Shown one piece after another: positions 1-13,089 of a stretch of 64,000 nt of DNA (position 1 is its first letter; every line of letters begins with the position of its first letter). This DNA is from Felis catus (Eukaryota), in NCBI RefSeq assembly GCF_018350175.1, contig NC_058369.1, positions 15,192,001-15,256,000 on the forward strand, given 5' to 3'. Both the position numbers and the translations under genes were made by a program. The notes beneath the pieces were generated by a model. The model was not told where the DNA came from. It was given only the letters and a program-made list of their open reading frames with translations, and searched no databases.

Positions 1-940
1 CCCTGGCATAATTGTGACAAGAAGAATGTGACGTTTTCCGTCCCTACAAGAGTTGCCAATGTGGCTGCCAATGGCCTCTCTCTCTCTCAGCCACCTGCGT
101 GGGTGGTATTAGCTTGGGTCAGAGTCTCCTTGATTGCAGTTCGCGGTGACCCAGTGGCTGATGCACAGGCCATGCACAACATGGATGCTTGCTCCCTTCA
201 ACCCTCCTCTTATTTAGGAGGTCATTGGCATTGATCCCATCCCACAGCTATTTTTCCCATAAGCTTTTCCTCCCTCCCCTCTTCTTCTATTTCTGGCCTC
301 ATCTTTGTAGTTTGAGCTCTTCTTTGTGATATTTGTATATCCCGTATAATTATGAAGTGGATGGGCTCTTTGGTGATAGATTCTTGAGAAATTCCTACCA
401 GAGAAGAACAAGAAATTTCAAGTCTCCTCTCATCTTGACAAAGAGCTGTGGTTCTGTTTACATCAGTAGAGTTGCAATCAGAAAGTACTAAACAGCCCAG
501 ATTAATGCTCCAAAGAGCTTCTGTGTGGGTGGGAAAGGCAATTAAAAGCTAGGCATGTTCAAGTTTTTTAGAGGATGTCTAGGTGATAAAAATGCTGTCA
601 ACACATCCAAGGAGGATTCTGCCAGCTTTTGTCGGAACAAAATTCTCATGTCCACAAAGGAGACTCTCATCTTTTCATCAAGCCTCGTGTCAAGCATCAG
701 TGGGGGTGGGGACACGGGGGCGAGAGCAGAGACAGCAGGTGGCTTTGTGTGTAGAGGACAGCCAGAGAGACGCTCAGGAGAATCAGGATTATGCTGCAGA
801 GATTTGAAGACCAATCTCTGAATTTCTCGATGGAAAAAGAGATGAGTTGCTTTAGGATGTCTCTAAAGGCCTCCTTCAAAAAGTTTGAAGGATCCTCCAG
901 CACTGTCTGGGTCTGCAGCTTGGAACTGTTCGTTGCCATT
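1..940 (+). mobile_element. Probable ancient RTE-clade LINE (L4/MamRTE-like) reverse transcriptase remnant, heavily degraded
   Basis: Colinear, frameshifted peptides resemble RTE RT: GLFGD (363-377, ~LLFADD), EEQEISSLLSS*QRA (403-447), NAVNTSKEDSASFCRNKILMSTK (in ORF 555-821, ~EVNxRIxKASASFGRL...LSTK), RIRIMLQRFEDQSL (779-820). Confidence 0.5.
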
Positions 941-1484
941 GCCCTCGATTTTTGTTGATCCTCTTTTAGGTGCCAGGAATGTTGCCACGGGCTTCATGCA
1001 TACCATCTCACGGTTCCCAAGAGTAAGCATCATTATCCCTAAGTTTTAGGTAAAAAGACTGGGTCTCACATAAGCGAAGAAGCATAACAAAAGTTAATCA
1101 GTTTCCAGAGGCAGGCTTTAAATCTTAGCACTGAATACTACCTCTGAAGCCCACTGTGTTCCCACCCTACCACCTGTGGGTGTCTATTCTCTGAGAAAGC
1201 ACTTTAGATTCAAAGATACAAGTAGATGAAAAGTGAAAGAATGGAAAAGGCTATGGCATGCAAATGGCAACCGTAAGAGAGCTGGAGTGGCCCTACAAGT
1301 ATCAGACTCAAACACACATGTTACTAGGGTTAAAAGGGTCAATCCATCCGGAAGACATAACAATTATCATTATATATGCACCTAACAACAGAGCCCTAAA
1401 ATACTTGAAGCAAGAACCAACTAAATTGAAGGGAGAAATACAACATTCAACAGTAATGCTTACAAATTTCAATACTCCACTTTC

Positions 1485-1601
1485 TTTCTTTTCTTTTCTT
1501 TCTTTCTTTTTCAGGTAGGCTCCACACCCAACATGGGGCTCAAATCCATGATTCTGAGATCGAGAGTCGCGTGTTCTACCAACTGAGCCAGCCAGGCGCC
1601 G
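1485..1601 (-). mobile_element. Short tRNA-derived carnivore SINE (SINEC_c-like)
   Basis: Minus strand reads ggcgcctggctggctcagttggtagaacacgcgactc...; diverged TSD tcaatactccactttc / tcgatgctccactttc. Confidence 0.85.
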
Positions 1602-1806
1602 CTCGATGCTCCACTTTCAATAATGGATGCAACAACTAGGCAGAAGACCAGCAAGGATAAAAAGACTTGAACAGCATCAGAAACCACCAGATCTAACAGG
1701 CATCTCCAGAATGTTCCACTCAGGATGTACGTTGTTCTCAAGCACAAATGGAACATCCCCCAGGATAGACCACATGCTGATTTATAAAGCAAGTCTTGAT
1801 CAATTT

Positions 1807-2036
1807 AATTTTTTTAATGTTTCTTTATTTTTGAGAGAGAGAGAGAGAGAGACAGACAGATAAAGCGTGAGCGGGGGAGGGGCAGACAGAGGGGGAGACC
1901 CAGAATCCGAAGCAGGCTCCAGGCTCCGAGCTGTCAGCACAGAGCCCGATGCGGGGCTCAAACTCATGAACCATGAGATCATGACCTGAGCTGAAGTCAG
2001 ATAGATGCTTAACCAACTGAGCCACCCAGGTGCCCC
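1807..2036 (-). mobile_element. Can-SINE (SINEC_Fc)
   Basis: Full SINE body; TSD aagtcttgatcaatttaa at 1791 and 2037. Confidence 0.95.
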
Positions 2037-2519
2037 AAGTCTTGATCAATTTAAAAGCATGAAACCATACAAAGTACATTCTCCAGCCACAATGCAATCA
2101 AATTCAAAGTCAGTAAGAATGAAATCAACAGAAAGCAAGTTGAGAAGTTCCCAAACACAGGGAAATTAAACTTCCACATCGGTTTCCGAAGTAACCAATG
2201 GGGGAAAAAGAAGAACTCACAGGGGAAATGAGAAAATACTTTGAGTTGAATGAAAACAAAAACATGACATCCCCAGACTGATGAGATAAGCTAAAACAGT
2301 GCTCACAGGGATATTTACAGCTATAAATGCCCACATTAAAAAGAAGAAGAAGAAGAAGAAATCACAAATCAATAGCTTAACCTTCAATCTTAGGAAATTA
2401 GAAAAACTAAAGCAACCTGTATCAGAAGCAAGCCAAAGGAAGAAAACAAGGCTTAGAACACAAATCAATACAATGGAAGGTAGAAAAACAAAACTCGCCT
2501 TTTATAAGTAATGAAGCAT

Positions 2520-2717
2520 TTTAATGTTTATCAATTCTAGTTTTAGAAAGACAGTATGAGTCAGGGAGAGGGGCAGAGCATGAGAGAGAGAATCTCAAGC
2601 AGGCTCCACGCTCAGCGTGGAGCCCGATGCGGGGCTCGATCCCACGACCCCGGGACCATGACCTGAGCCGAAATCAAGAGTCGGATGCTGTAAACCGACT
2701 GAGCCACCCAGGCGCCC
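2520..2717 (-). mobile_element. Can-SINE
   Basis: tRNA-like head ...gagccacccaggcgccc, CT-rich segment and A-rich tail. Confidence 0.9.
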
Positions 2718-2744
2718 TGCGATAAAACATTTTGAAAGAAAAAA

Positions 2745-2840
2745 CTTCACCTGCCAGTACTTTCAACAACACTTCTCTCCTGCTTTTTGAACCAGGGGCC
2801 TCACATTTTCACTTGTACTGAGACCTGCCCATGAAACAGG
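2745..2840 (+). mobile_element. MER45-like hAT DNA transposon fragment
   Basis: ctttttgaaccaggggcctcacattttcacttgtactgagacctg resembles the MER45 3' end. Confidence 0.55.
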
Positions 2841-3103
2841 AATTGTTCTCAAATGCAAGTCATGCCCTGAGCTTCAGCTGCTTAAGACCCTTTACTCTTC
2901 CCTGCCTCTTCAGTGCCGTAGTGTAGCTTTTTTAAGGCTCCTCGCCACCCTTGCTAATCCTGTTTTCTGCCGTTCCTTGTAGATCCCCTGGTCATTGCCT
3001 GGACACCCCATGCTGCCTTTCCTGCCCCCGTGCCTTTGCACATACTGCCCTCTCTGGGTGGTTTGTCTTTTCCCCCTGTTCTGCTTTCTGCCCCAACTTT
3101 AGC

Positions 3104-3335
3104 TTTTTTTTTTTTTTTTAAGTTTTTTCAATGTTTTTTTACTTATTTTTGGGACAGAGAGAGACAGAGCATGAACGGGGGAGGGGCAGAGAGAGAGGGA
3201 GACACAGAATCGGAAACAGGCTCCAGGCTCCGAGCCATCAGCCCAGAGCCCGACGCGGGGCTCGAACTCCCGGACCGCGAGATCGTGACCTGGCTGAAGT
3301 CGGACGCTTAACCGACTGCGCCACCCAGGCGCCCC
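3104..3335 (-). mobile_element. Young feline SINEC_Fc
   Basis: CpG-intact copy with diagnostic gccatcagcc and ctggctgaag; TSD caactttagc. Confidence 0.97.
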
Positions 3336-3854
3336 GCAACTTTAGCGTTTGTAAAACTCCCCCGCCCCCAGCTTTCATCCCCTCCCTGAAGCCCTAGTTA
3401 ATCTAAGGTTCTTTTGTATTATTTCTGTACCTTGTTTGCACTCCCCATTGCATGGATCATGCTTTAACTGTCTGTCTATAGGTCTCCCTGATTGACCACA
3501 GGCTCCTGTAGGGCAAGGACCTTTTCTCACTTGCTGCTGCACTCCGTGAATCAGAGATCAGGACTGAACTACAAGGAGAGCCCAGCTCTGCTCCACCTGA
3601 ACGAGGGAAAGTAAAAAGGAAGGGAGGTATGTTACAGCCATGAGCAGGGGGCTGGCTTTCAGTAGTAAATCTGACACTAACAACTGACCTTTGGCAATTC
3701 ATTTAATACCCCTGAACCTCAGCTTCCTAATTTTTAAACTCAGGATGACAATACCGATCTCCAAAGCGATGTTGTTGTGATAACAAACACAGTGCACCAA
3801 ATAACAGCAACTCATGGATGCCCCCGGCTGTGACTATTTATTATCACCAGCTCT

Positions 3855-4063
3855 TTTTTGGTGTGTAAGTTTATTTCGAGAGAGACAGAGACAGTGTGAG
3901 CGGGCGAAGGGGCAGACAGAGAGGGAGACAGAGAATCCCACGCAGGCTCCGCGCTGCCAGCACAGAGCCCGATATGGGGCTTGAACTCACAAAACCAGGA
4001 GATCGTGACCTGAGCCAAAACCGAGAGGCGGACGCTCCACCGACTGAGCCACCCAGGCGCCCC
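3855..4063 (-). mobile_element. Can-SINE
   Basis: SINE body; TSD-like tatcaccagctcttt / tatcatcaggctcttt. Confidence 0.92.
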
Positions 4064-5986
4064 TATCATCAGGCTCTTTGGCTCAGTAGCATTTGAGGAG
4101 AGGAAGGAGTTGTTCGAGTGAGAGGTGAAGTCTGGAAAGTTTGGATGCCCACGTGGTGTCACTCTAGCAAATGCAATTACTCTTTGCATTTGAGTCATGA
4201 AGACCAGGACAGAGAGTGGGCTGGTAGTGCCTCATGAACCAGATACTTCGAAGCAATTACGCAGTCGTCTAACATCCACAAGGAGCCTGTAAGGTGCATG
4301 ACCTATTGTAATTAGCCTAACCGGGTAAACTGAGACACAGAGAGGGGAAGTAACCTGACACAGTAATAGTGGGGGAGAAGGGATTTGAACCCAGACTGCG
4401 TGGCTACAGAGTTTTGGCCCTTAACTATGCTATCTCTCGTTAAAATGTGTCGAGCGGTCCCAGAGGCTGCGTTAATAAATGTTTTCCGCGGAGGTATTGG
4501 CTCACTCGACACTTTTTCCGGCCTCTTTCTCAAGTAACTTCTTCTACTCTAAAGACTAGAAAGCTAGACGTTTTCCAGACCACCGAACAGCTAGTTTCCA
4601 GACGTGATGTACATGGGCTGGGTTAGAGGTGGCATGGTTCTTGATCCTGCAGCTTCCCGATCGGGCAAAGGAACAGCCCTTTTGGTAGACCAGTTCGTTC
4701 AGCAGCGTGGTCCTGGTAGCTGTTGAAGGAAGCTTGGCTCAGAGCCAATTTCCTCAGCCCTCGTAATAAATAGTTCTGTAGATTTTCCAGTCTCCTTAAT
4801 AAATTCCTTAGAACAGATTCTGTTGCCTGCAGCCAAAAGTCCTCATTACCGTACTCGGACTTCCTCCCCATACGGTCAGTCGGTTGGTATCTTCACGGGC
4901 AAACCGAAGCTCGAAGAACTGAAAAGACTGGTCACAGACACGCAACTTTGCAAGTGGTAAAGTGGGAACTCAGATTTAGTCCTGTCCCACTCCAAAGCCT
5001 GACATTCTACTACGGTGTTTTTCTTTGTCTTTCAATTTCTCTACCAGGCTCTGATGCAATCGTCATCCATTATATCCGAGAGATCTTTATTATCAGAGGC
5101 AACTGTGTTTCTCTCTTGCTCTCTGTTATCCTGAAATGTGGTTCTGAATCTCTGACACCTCCACCTTCTTATGCCTGAGCTCCACTGTCACGGAGCTAGC
5201 CCCACGCTGGGAGTTTCACACCGTCCTCTGTCCTCTAATGACCCCAGAGGTGGGCAATGTAATCCTCATCTTCAGAAGCAGAAAAGAGACTCTTGAGAGC
5301 TGTTGATCGAATACCCTGGTTGGCCAGTTAAGGTCATGTTAGCTGTCGGAACAAACGATCCGAACAACGTAGTGCGGGCTCGAACATGTTAGGAACTAAT
5401 TTCCATCCAACAGAAGTCTAAAGGAAATGGTCCTGATTGGCAGGTGGTTCTTCTCCAAGTGGTGAAGGAAGACCAGGAGGCTGGCACGCCCAAGGACGGG
5501 GACAGGGAAGTCAGCTGGAGGGGTGGGGACGGGGCGGAAGGGATGTACAGACCCTCACCGTCCCCAGCCGGGCAAAGTCTTTACTCAACAGGCGGTGGGT
5601 CGCACAGGCAAGTGATGTGTTGAAGCAGAGGAGGGACACAGAGACGGGGGTGGGGTGGGGGGCGCACAGCTGGCCTCTGGCTGCCGAGTGGGGAGCCAGC
5701 CGGAGGGGGAGCAGGGGAAGCAGGGCTCAGAGGCCACACTTCACACCCGCACCGCATCCCCCGGTGTCCGTGACCTCTCTCTGCCATTTGTTTTCCCCCA
5801 AGTTTTGAGGTCCTTGGGCAAACTCTTCTGATGTTTGCCAATCGAGTTCTAGGGCTTGATCTTGAAACTGCACGTCCTTCTAACCACTGGTGAAAGAGCT
5901 CATCGCGATGAAAAAAAAAAAAGTGACCTCCTTCCTTGCAGCTGTAGAAAAGTGGATGCTCTTTTCCATCTTACCGCCGTCTTCGC

Positions 5987-6165
5987 GGGGCCGCCTGGGT
6001 GGCGCCCAACTCTTGATTTTGGCTCAGGTCATGATCTTGGTGTTGATGAGTTCGAGCCCCGCATCCGACTCTGTGTTGACGAAGCCTGCTTGGGGTTCTC
6101 TCTCTCCCTCACTTCGTCTGCATAAATAAGTTAAATGAACTTAAAAAAAAAACAAACAAACCTTA
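5987..6165 (+). mobile_element. Can-SINE (internally deleted)
   Basis: ggggccgcctgggtggc...gctcaggtcatgatc...aataag followed by an A tail. Confidence 0.85.
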
Positions 6166-7307
6166 AAAAGCGCTCTTCGCAAATGCTCTTTCTGACAAGG
6201 TCTTCTCTAAGCGGCCTGGGTTTTAGAGATGGAGTTGCAGCTTCGACCGTGACCTCCAACCTCTAGCGCATCTCTGGTTCTAACCGGTTGCCCCGGTAAT
6301 AAGATTTAAAATGGGATCCTTCTCACCGCCAGCGTCGCGTAACGTGTGGAATTGCCAGAACGCTATGTTGTACACCCGAAGCGAATATCTCACTGTAGGT
6401 CAGCTCTAAAGAAAGCAGAGACAAAACAAGACAAAAGTAAAATGGCGTCTTCGTTTTCTAAAAATAAGCACTTGCGGGGTGTCTTTCCGAAGCCCTGAGG
6501 CGAACCATTAATCATGCCCTCTTATCTCTTTGCAAGAAAAATATACTCCTGTGTAATTCTTTCTCAAACAGAGTTTGGTAGCTTGGGCTCACTTCCATTA
6601 ACCCGGGAGCCTCGTAGGGACGTGCTGGCGTTAGGGTGGGGGCGGCGGGGGATGGGAGCGTTGGGATCTGGACAGAACTGAGGAAGATTCTGGAGGTTGC
6701 ATGGAAAGGACTCGGGGGAGAGTTTGCACCGAGCATGGGTGGCGAGCAGGGAGTCACAAGGATGACTCCCAGCCTCTTTGCATGAGCAGCATGGAAGATG
6801 AAAAGGAAGCCGTGAAAAAGAGCCGGAAGGTAGGATGTCCCTTGGAAGTCTGTTTACTCCACGATTAGTGGCGTCAAGAGGGGTCCTTTGTGCAAAATCA
6901 CCCTCCTCAGAGCCTCCAGAGTGAACATGTAAAGGTCATTGACTGTATCTGATCAGTGTTGGAGGCAATGGGGGTGACAGGGGTTCCAGGTGACTCAGAG
7001 GGTGGATTTTCCTCCAACAGACATCTCGGACGACGGGTGGGGACACGAAGGGGAGCAGAGCTCTTTTCTGGGGTCCCCCAAAGAGGCGGCAGTTTTTGCT
7101 CGAGCTCCGCTCAGCTGTGTCCTCTGGCTGCCGAGAGACTGGGGGAGGTGGGGGGAAGGTATATGTCACACGCTGTGGAGACTGTGACATTGTTCTGCGG
7201 GACTGCGACCGTGGATTGTTCTGCGGGAAGTGAGGACAGGGCCGAACGGCAGGGAGAAATATGCCGGGACTTGAATTCTGTGTGTCACTAAATATACAAA
7301 TGGATAT

Positions 7308-7692
7308 GAGTGGACCATAGGTAAAAATAGAGACCCTGACCCCCAACATGCAGCCAGTACTAATCCAGGAAACGAACCCACAGCCCCTGTGTAATCAGTA
7401 TCTGCCAGCTTCCCTACGTGTGTCCCCCTTCCAATGGAGGACCAAGGACAGGAGGCCAAATACGCTCCCCTAACCAATCACCTGGGATGTCTCCGCTTCC
7501 GGTTAGCCTGCCTCCAGCTCCCCGGGGCCCACCTGGATCCTTCTCATTCTCCCTACAAAGCTTCCCGTTCTGCCGCCTGCCCGTGAGTCTGTGCCAAAGG
7601 CAGGTGGTAGTGGCCGACCCCCTTGCTACAGAAAACTCTGCATAAATAGCCTCTGCTTGTCCTCATTTGGGTGGTTGTCCGTTACTTCCACC
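7308..7692 (+). mobile_element. ERVL-type solo LTR (MER74/MER54-like)
   Basis: gtggaccataggtaaaaatagagaccctgacc ... ctaaccaatcac ... ccttgctacag...cataaatagcctctgcttgtcctcatttgggtgg...ttccac. Confidence 0.6.
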
Positions 7693-7930
7693 CCTGGCTC
7701 CTGCTGAGACCTCATCCGAGCCATCTCGCCGGGGACACGGGGAAGAGGAAGGCAGACTCGGAACTTGAGCTCTCTGTATGGCTCAGTGTCTGGGCAGGAG
7801 GCGATGCTTCACCGGGGCTGAGGCCGGTGACATCTGCGAGTTAGTCCAACATCTTCCCGATGCAGCACGGGAGTGGGGCTGAGTAGGAGGAGGGCCGTCT
7901 GCTGGCAGCGATTCCTCGAGCAACAGCTGT

Positions 7931-8355
7931 TTAATGTTTATTTATTTTGTGTGTGTGAGAGAGAAAGAGAGATGCGAGTGGGGGAGGCGCAGAGAGAGAG
8001 GGAGACGCAGAATCTGAAGCAGGCTCCGGGCTCTGAACTGTCAGCACAGAGCCCGACGCGGGGCTTGAACTCACGGACTGCGAGATCATGACCTGAGCCG
8101 AAGTCGGCCGCTCAACCAACTGAGCCACCCAGGGGCCCCATTGAATGTTTATTTATTTTGTGAGAGAGAGAGAGAAAGAGAGAGAGAGAGAAATGCGAGT
8201 GGGGGAGGCACAGAGAGAGAGGGAGACACAGTATCCGAAGCAGGCTCCGGGCTCCGAGCTGTCAGCACAGAGCCTGACGCGGGGCTCGAACCCACGAACC
8301 GTGAGATCATGACCTGAGCTGAAGTCTGAGGCTTAACCGACCACACAGGTGTCCC
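7931..8355 (-). mobile_element. Two tandem Can-SINEs (7931-8139, 8146-8355)
   Basis: Two head-to-tail SINE bodies; outer TSD aacagctg. Confidence 0.93.
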
Positions 8356-9084
8356 GTGAAACAGCTGCTTAAATGTCCCCATGTGCATGTGCTTGTGCGT
8401 GTTCGCATGTTTTCCCAAAATCATTGATCTTTACGGGAAGAAAGCCCACAGTGGCTAACGTCAGTGTTAGTAACACGTCAGAGTTTGGGGTTGTACAAGT
8501 GACCGGTATGGTGGGTTCTCCTTCCCAGAGAATATGTACAGAGTATGTGCACAGTTTTCTGGAACGCGGTCTGAATCCTGGCTTTATCACTCTCCCTCCT
8601 CGTGACCTTGGGCAAGTCACTCGGCCCCACTTTCAGGGTCGGAAAGTCCCTCCTGTGTTTAGTGCGTGGACATGTCCAAGCTATCCGATTCGTCTCAGCA
8701 CCGCCCACACCCTCCCTACATCTGAGTACCCTGGGGTATTTGTTAAGCATACAGATTTCCGGGCCTCACCCCAGACCTGATGAATCAGAGTCTCGGGCAA
8801 TGGGCGTGGTCTGCAGGTGACCTCTGTGCTGTTGAATTTGGGAACCTCAAGGTCACTGCCTCTCCGGTACTGGGGAGGTTACAGTGACCATCAAGGCCCG
8901 GTATTCTTCCTCACGGAGGGCTGGTGTGCAGATACATCCAAGGTGATGTAAATTGCGATAACCAGAGAAGCCGAGGAGCCAAGAGCTGTGGGAACAGAAA
9001 ATGAACTCCAACCTGAGAAATCGGGGGGGCGAGGGGGAGCGGTTTGTAGGAAAGAAGTGCCTTGAGGGACAGGTAGAATTTCTT

Positions 9085-9533
9085 TCTTTTTTTTTTTTCT
9101 CTTTAATGTTTATTCATTTGTTTTTTTTTTTTTCAACGTTTATTTATTTTTGGGACAGAGAGAGACAGAGCATGAACAGGGGAGGGGCAGAGAGAGAGGG
9201 AGACACAGAATCGGAAACAGGCTCCAGGCTCCGAGCCATCAGCCCAGAGCCTGACGCGGGGCTCGAACTCCCGGACCGCGAGATCGTGACCTGGCTGAAG
9301 TCGGACGCTTAACCGACTGCGCCACCCAGGCGCCCCTATTCATTTGTTTTGAGAGAGCTAGAGAGCACGAGCAGGGGAGGGGCAGAGAGAGGGGGGAGAG
9401 AGAGAATCCCAGGCAGGCTTCGCCCTGTCAGTGGAGAGCCCGATGTGGGGCCCGAGCTCACGCCCTGTGAGATCATGACCAGAGCCGAAATCAAGAGTCG
9501 GACGCTCAGTCGACTGAGCCACCCAGGCGCCCC
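9085..9533 (-). mobile_element. Young SINEC_Fc (9121-9336) nested in the tail of an older Can-SINE (to 9533)
   Basis: Inner TSD tattcatttgtttt (9111 and 9337); outer TSD-like ...agaatttctt. Confidence 0.95.
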
Positions 9534-9599
9534 TGGAGAGGCAGAATTTCTTCATGCAGCCATGGCGAAAGGCACGGAGGTGACCAGCACGAGCAAAGA

Positions 9600-10060
9600 C
9601 ACTGTGTCCGTGGCTGCATAAAAAACCCACCCCAACGCTTAGGAGCTTCAAACACCAACGTTTATTATGGTGTCTGAATCCTCTGATCGGCCGGACGGTC
9701 GTAAGCATCTGGACCAGGGGTGGCCGATCTCGGCCCGGCTTGCTCGTGCCAGCGGACTGCAGACCTCTGGCAGGTGCTCTGGGGAGTGGCTGGTCTAGGA
9801 TGGCCTCACTCCTGGCCCTGGCGTTGGCTGGCGGGGCTGGGGTGATGCGGGTGACAGAACCTTGCACGATGTCACCCCCGCCCCAGACTAGCTTGGGCTT
9901 TGGGCGGCACCGGGGCCCTGCGAGGGAGAGTGGAAGCTTGCCGGGACTCTCGACGCCTAGTGGGAGCTTGCACACCATCACATCCCGCTGCGTTCTATTG
10001 GCCAAAGCAAGTCCCGCCCCAGCCCAGATTGAAGAAGGAATTAATGACTCCGTGACTTGA
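9600..10060 (-). mobile_element. MaLR LTR (old MLT1-type)
   Basis: gctgcataaaaaacccacccca...gtttattat ... ttctattggccaaagcaagtc...cccagattgaag are typical reversed MLT1 features. Confidence 0.65.
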
Positions 10061-10424
10061 TGGGCCAGGCTGCAAAAGTTGAAAATCTACCACAGATCCC
10101 AAGGCAGGAAAATGCTACGGATTTTCCCAGAACACCAGAGAGCAGGTGTCTGTCGGGGGGCAACGAGAGACCCGAGGGGCCGTGATTGTGAGTGTCCAAA
10201 GCCTCCCTGTAACCAGGTCCCTCCCTTAACTGTTGAACACCCACAGTGGCCGGCTGCCAGCAGAGGCCTGCCACAGGGGAGGGGCGGTGGGAGCGTTTCC
10301 CCCACCTGAGAGGGGAGGAGTCTTTTATCACCGATGTTTCTTGGAATAATTGGCACAGGGTGATTTTTAAAAACAGACCGACTGCAGTCGGTCTTCGCGT
10401 TCTTTGAAAATTCTCTCTTTTTAA

Positions 10425-10619
10425 AACATGTTCACTTATTTTTGAGAAAGGGAGAGTGAGGGGGAGGAGGGGCAAAGAGAGGGGGTGGGGAACAGAGGAT
10501 CCCAAGCAGGCTCTATGCTGACAGCAGAGAGCCCGATGTGGGGTTTGAACTCAGAGACGGTGAGATCATGACGTGAGTGGAAGTCGGACACTTAACCGAC
10601 TGCACCACCCAGGCGCCCC
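10425..10619 (-). mobile_element. Can-SINE
   Basis: SINE body ending caggcgcccc. Confidence 0.9.
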
Positions 10620-11880
10620 TGTGTGTTTGTTTTTTAATTCTCTACAGATAATGCACTCCCTTATTGCGTGCTCCCAGGGCAGACCTCTCCCCCTGTCCCT
10701 CCCTTGATGGACTCCTCCCATAGACCCAGCGTCCACAGGGCAGAGCCCCACCTGAGGAGCCGGTGGTGAGGGAGGGGAAGACCTTTGCCCTCCACTGGAG
10801 AGAGGCAGAGAATCCACATGGTCCACGGGCCACTTATTATAGAGGCACAGGCCCATTCTAAAGCCCAGTGAGATGCCACTTGCCTAAGGGATGCATAGTA
10901 CTGTCCCTGTTTCACGGGTGAGCGACCAGAGGGCCGCAGAAACCCAGAGATTTGCCCCAAGACACACAGCTGGGAAGGACACCGGAGGCTTTGACTCTGG
11001 ACGTAGTAGATCTGTAGAAGGAAGGGGGTTTCTGTGGAGCATTTCGGGGCAGGGCAGCCCCCACTGATCTGGATTTTTGGAGAAGAGCCGTGGTGCCAGG
11101 GAAACCTGGCCTCAAGGCAGAGTGTGTTTAGCCACCAGCTCTGGGGAGAGGAGCCCTGGGTCATAGGGCTTGCCGAATGCTCTGGGATAATCACTCCCAT
11201 CATGGCCAAGCTATGGACACGCTGTCCTGAGTGGAGTCTCGGGGAAGAGACGGTCTCGGGCGCCAGCAGAAGAGGCTCCCTCACACCGTGGCTGAGGGCG
11301 TGAATGAAGGAGAAGTGGGGGCCGGACTTCATCGCGGGAGTCAAGTGACACTGTGGACTGGTCCGTGGGTCTCCGGCTGATTCCGAATGCCCCGTGCTGT
11401 CTTGGATGGGCTGTGGCATCCTTGTGGCTTCTTGGTCATGCCTTGTCCAAAGCATCTGAGCTTCAGAAATCCGCAGCGAAGGATCCCCGGCTGTGGGTGG
11501 TGGGGGGTGGGGGGGGGGGGGTTGAACACTAGCTCTTCTGTGCTCAAGGAGGGAAAGTGTTCAAGACCTTCCCGAGAGCGGGGATTGCAAAACAACTCGT
11601 CTCAATGGTCGAAGAGGCTCTGTGGGCCCAGTGGATGAGCGAGAGGACGATGAGGGCTTCCTGACCTCGAGGACACCAGAGGAGAGGAGCTGGGGAGGCA
11701 GTGAGAAATGAAGGGACCCCCCCTCCATCACCCCAACTAAGCCTGGCTTCATGGTGGGGAGGCGAAGCCGAAGGAAGGGGGAAAATTTATTATTGACAAA
11801 CCTATGCAGAACAATGACAACCAGATAAATGAGACGTTACTGTAATTTCAACATCCGTTGACATTTTGTGCTTTGTGATT

Positions 11881-12089
11881 TTTTTTCATGTTTATTTATT
11901 TTTGAGACAGAGAGAGACAGAGCATGAATGAAGGAGGGGCAGAGAGAGAGGGAGACACAGAATCGGAAACAGGCTCCAGGCTCTGAGCCATCAGCCCAGA
12001 GCCCGACGCGGGGCTCGAACTCACGAACCGTGAGATCGTGACCTGAGCTGAAGTCGGACGCTCAACCGACTGAGCCACCCAGGCGCCCC
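11881..12089 (-). mobile_element. SINEC_Fc
   Basis: Full body; TSD tgtgctttgtgatttt at 11867 and 12090. Confidence 0.96.
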
Positions 12090-12865
12090 TGTGCTTTGTG
12101 ATTTTTATTTGGAGTTACTTATAGGGAGGAGGCATGGCAGGCACGCCCAGGGCATTAAAGGGATTTATCCAGTCCCCCCCTCCCACCTCCTGAGCCGAGT
12201 CTGCCTCCTCCAGCTATGCAATCATTCACACCCAGCACCCGATTGAATCTCACATTTGTAGTTGGGGTGGGGGGGGGGTGGTGTGTGTGCTGTGACTTCC
12301 CTCTGGATCAGAAGCCCAGCTGTCCCTCTCTGAGGGCATCTCAGTAACAAGAGGCCAAGTTGAGGCAGAACACACATCATGAGGGCCCACACATGCCATC
12401 TGTGCAGAGAACGCCCACCAGCAAAGGGCGGGAACCAGAGAGAGACCAACCTGATCGTGGAAGACCTTCCGCGTTCCTGATTGTCTTCCCTGCTCCAGGA
12501 CCCAAGGGCCCAGGGGAAGTTACTCGATATCGTTATTCCTATTCTCCAGTGGCATCTTATGGACCTCAGGACTAGGACGATGCCCGGCATGCGGCATCCA
12601 CTCAGGCGTCTTATGGTCGGGTGGGCACCTAAGCAGGTGGGTACTTTTTGTGATGCGCTCTGTGGAGGACAGACTGGGCCAGACCTTCAGCGGGAAGGGA
12701 GGCCAGGAGAATGTGGCAGCAAAACAAAGAGCAAGATGTAATGATGGGGGGGGGAGGCGCCTTCCCCCCGTGCCCTTCCTCCCGGAAACTTATAGCCCCA
12801 TCTGCGCACAAGGAGACAACATCCAACAATCCCAAGCCAAGGGACTTTCTTCAAGACTCCTGACC

Positions 12866-13085
12866 AGGGGCGCTTCGGTGGCTCCGTCGGTTAAGCGTCC
12901 GATTTCGGCTCAAGTCGTGATCTCACGGTTCGAGGGTTTGAGTTCCACATCGGGCTCTCTGCTGTCAACAAGGAGCCTGCTTGGGCTTCTGGGTCCCCCT
13001 CTCTCTCTCTGCACCTCCCCCACTCATACTGTCTCTCTCCCTCGCTCTCTCTCTCACTCTCAAAAAAGCCCCCAAACCAAAAAGA
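12866..13085 (+). mobile_element. Can-SINE
   Basis: ggggcgcttcggtggctccgtcggttaagcgtccg... with CT tract and A-rich tail. Confidence 0.9.
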
Positions 13086-13089
13086 CAAT

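Larger units (their letters stand above)
1185..2495 (+). mobile_element. L1 ORF2 5' fragment (endonuclease domain), degraded, interrupted by two SINEs
   Basis: Translations KGSIHPEDITIIIIYAPNNRALKYLKQ...FNTPLS, LFSSTNGTSPRIDHML and FTAINAHIKK...SQINSLTFNLRKLEK are typical of the L1 ORF2p N-terminus; stops and frameshifts are present. Confidence 0.92.

Noticed and set aside
1511..1601. tRNA-like sequences at SINE heads
   Set aside because: They are tRNA-derived SINEs with tails and TSDs, not tRNA genes.
3131..3397. Recurrent ORFs such as ...GGGAEREGDTESETGSRLRAISPEPDAGLE...
   Set aside because: They are translations of Can-SINE copies, not a gene family.
10661..11455. Longest ORF (264 aa, -), and similarly 32663-33430 (255 aa), 33987-34640, 9358-10005 and 50446-51075
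   Set aside because: No recognisable domain, composition typical of GC-rich non-coding frames, and several run through SINE, MIR or LTR sequence.
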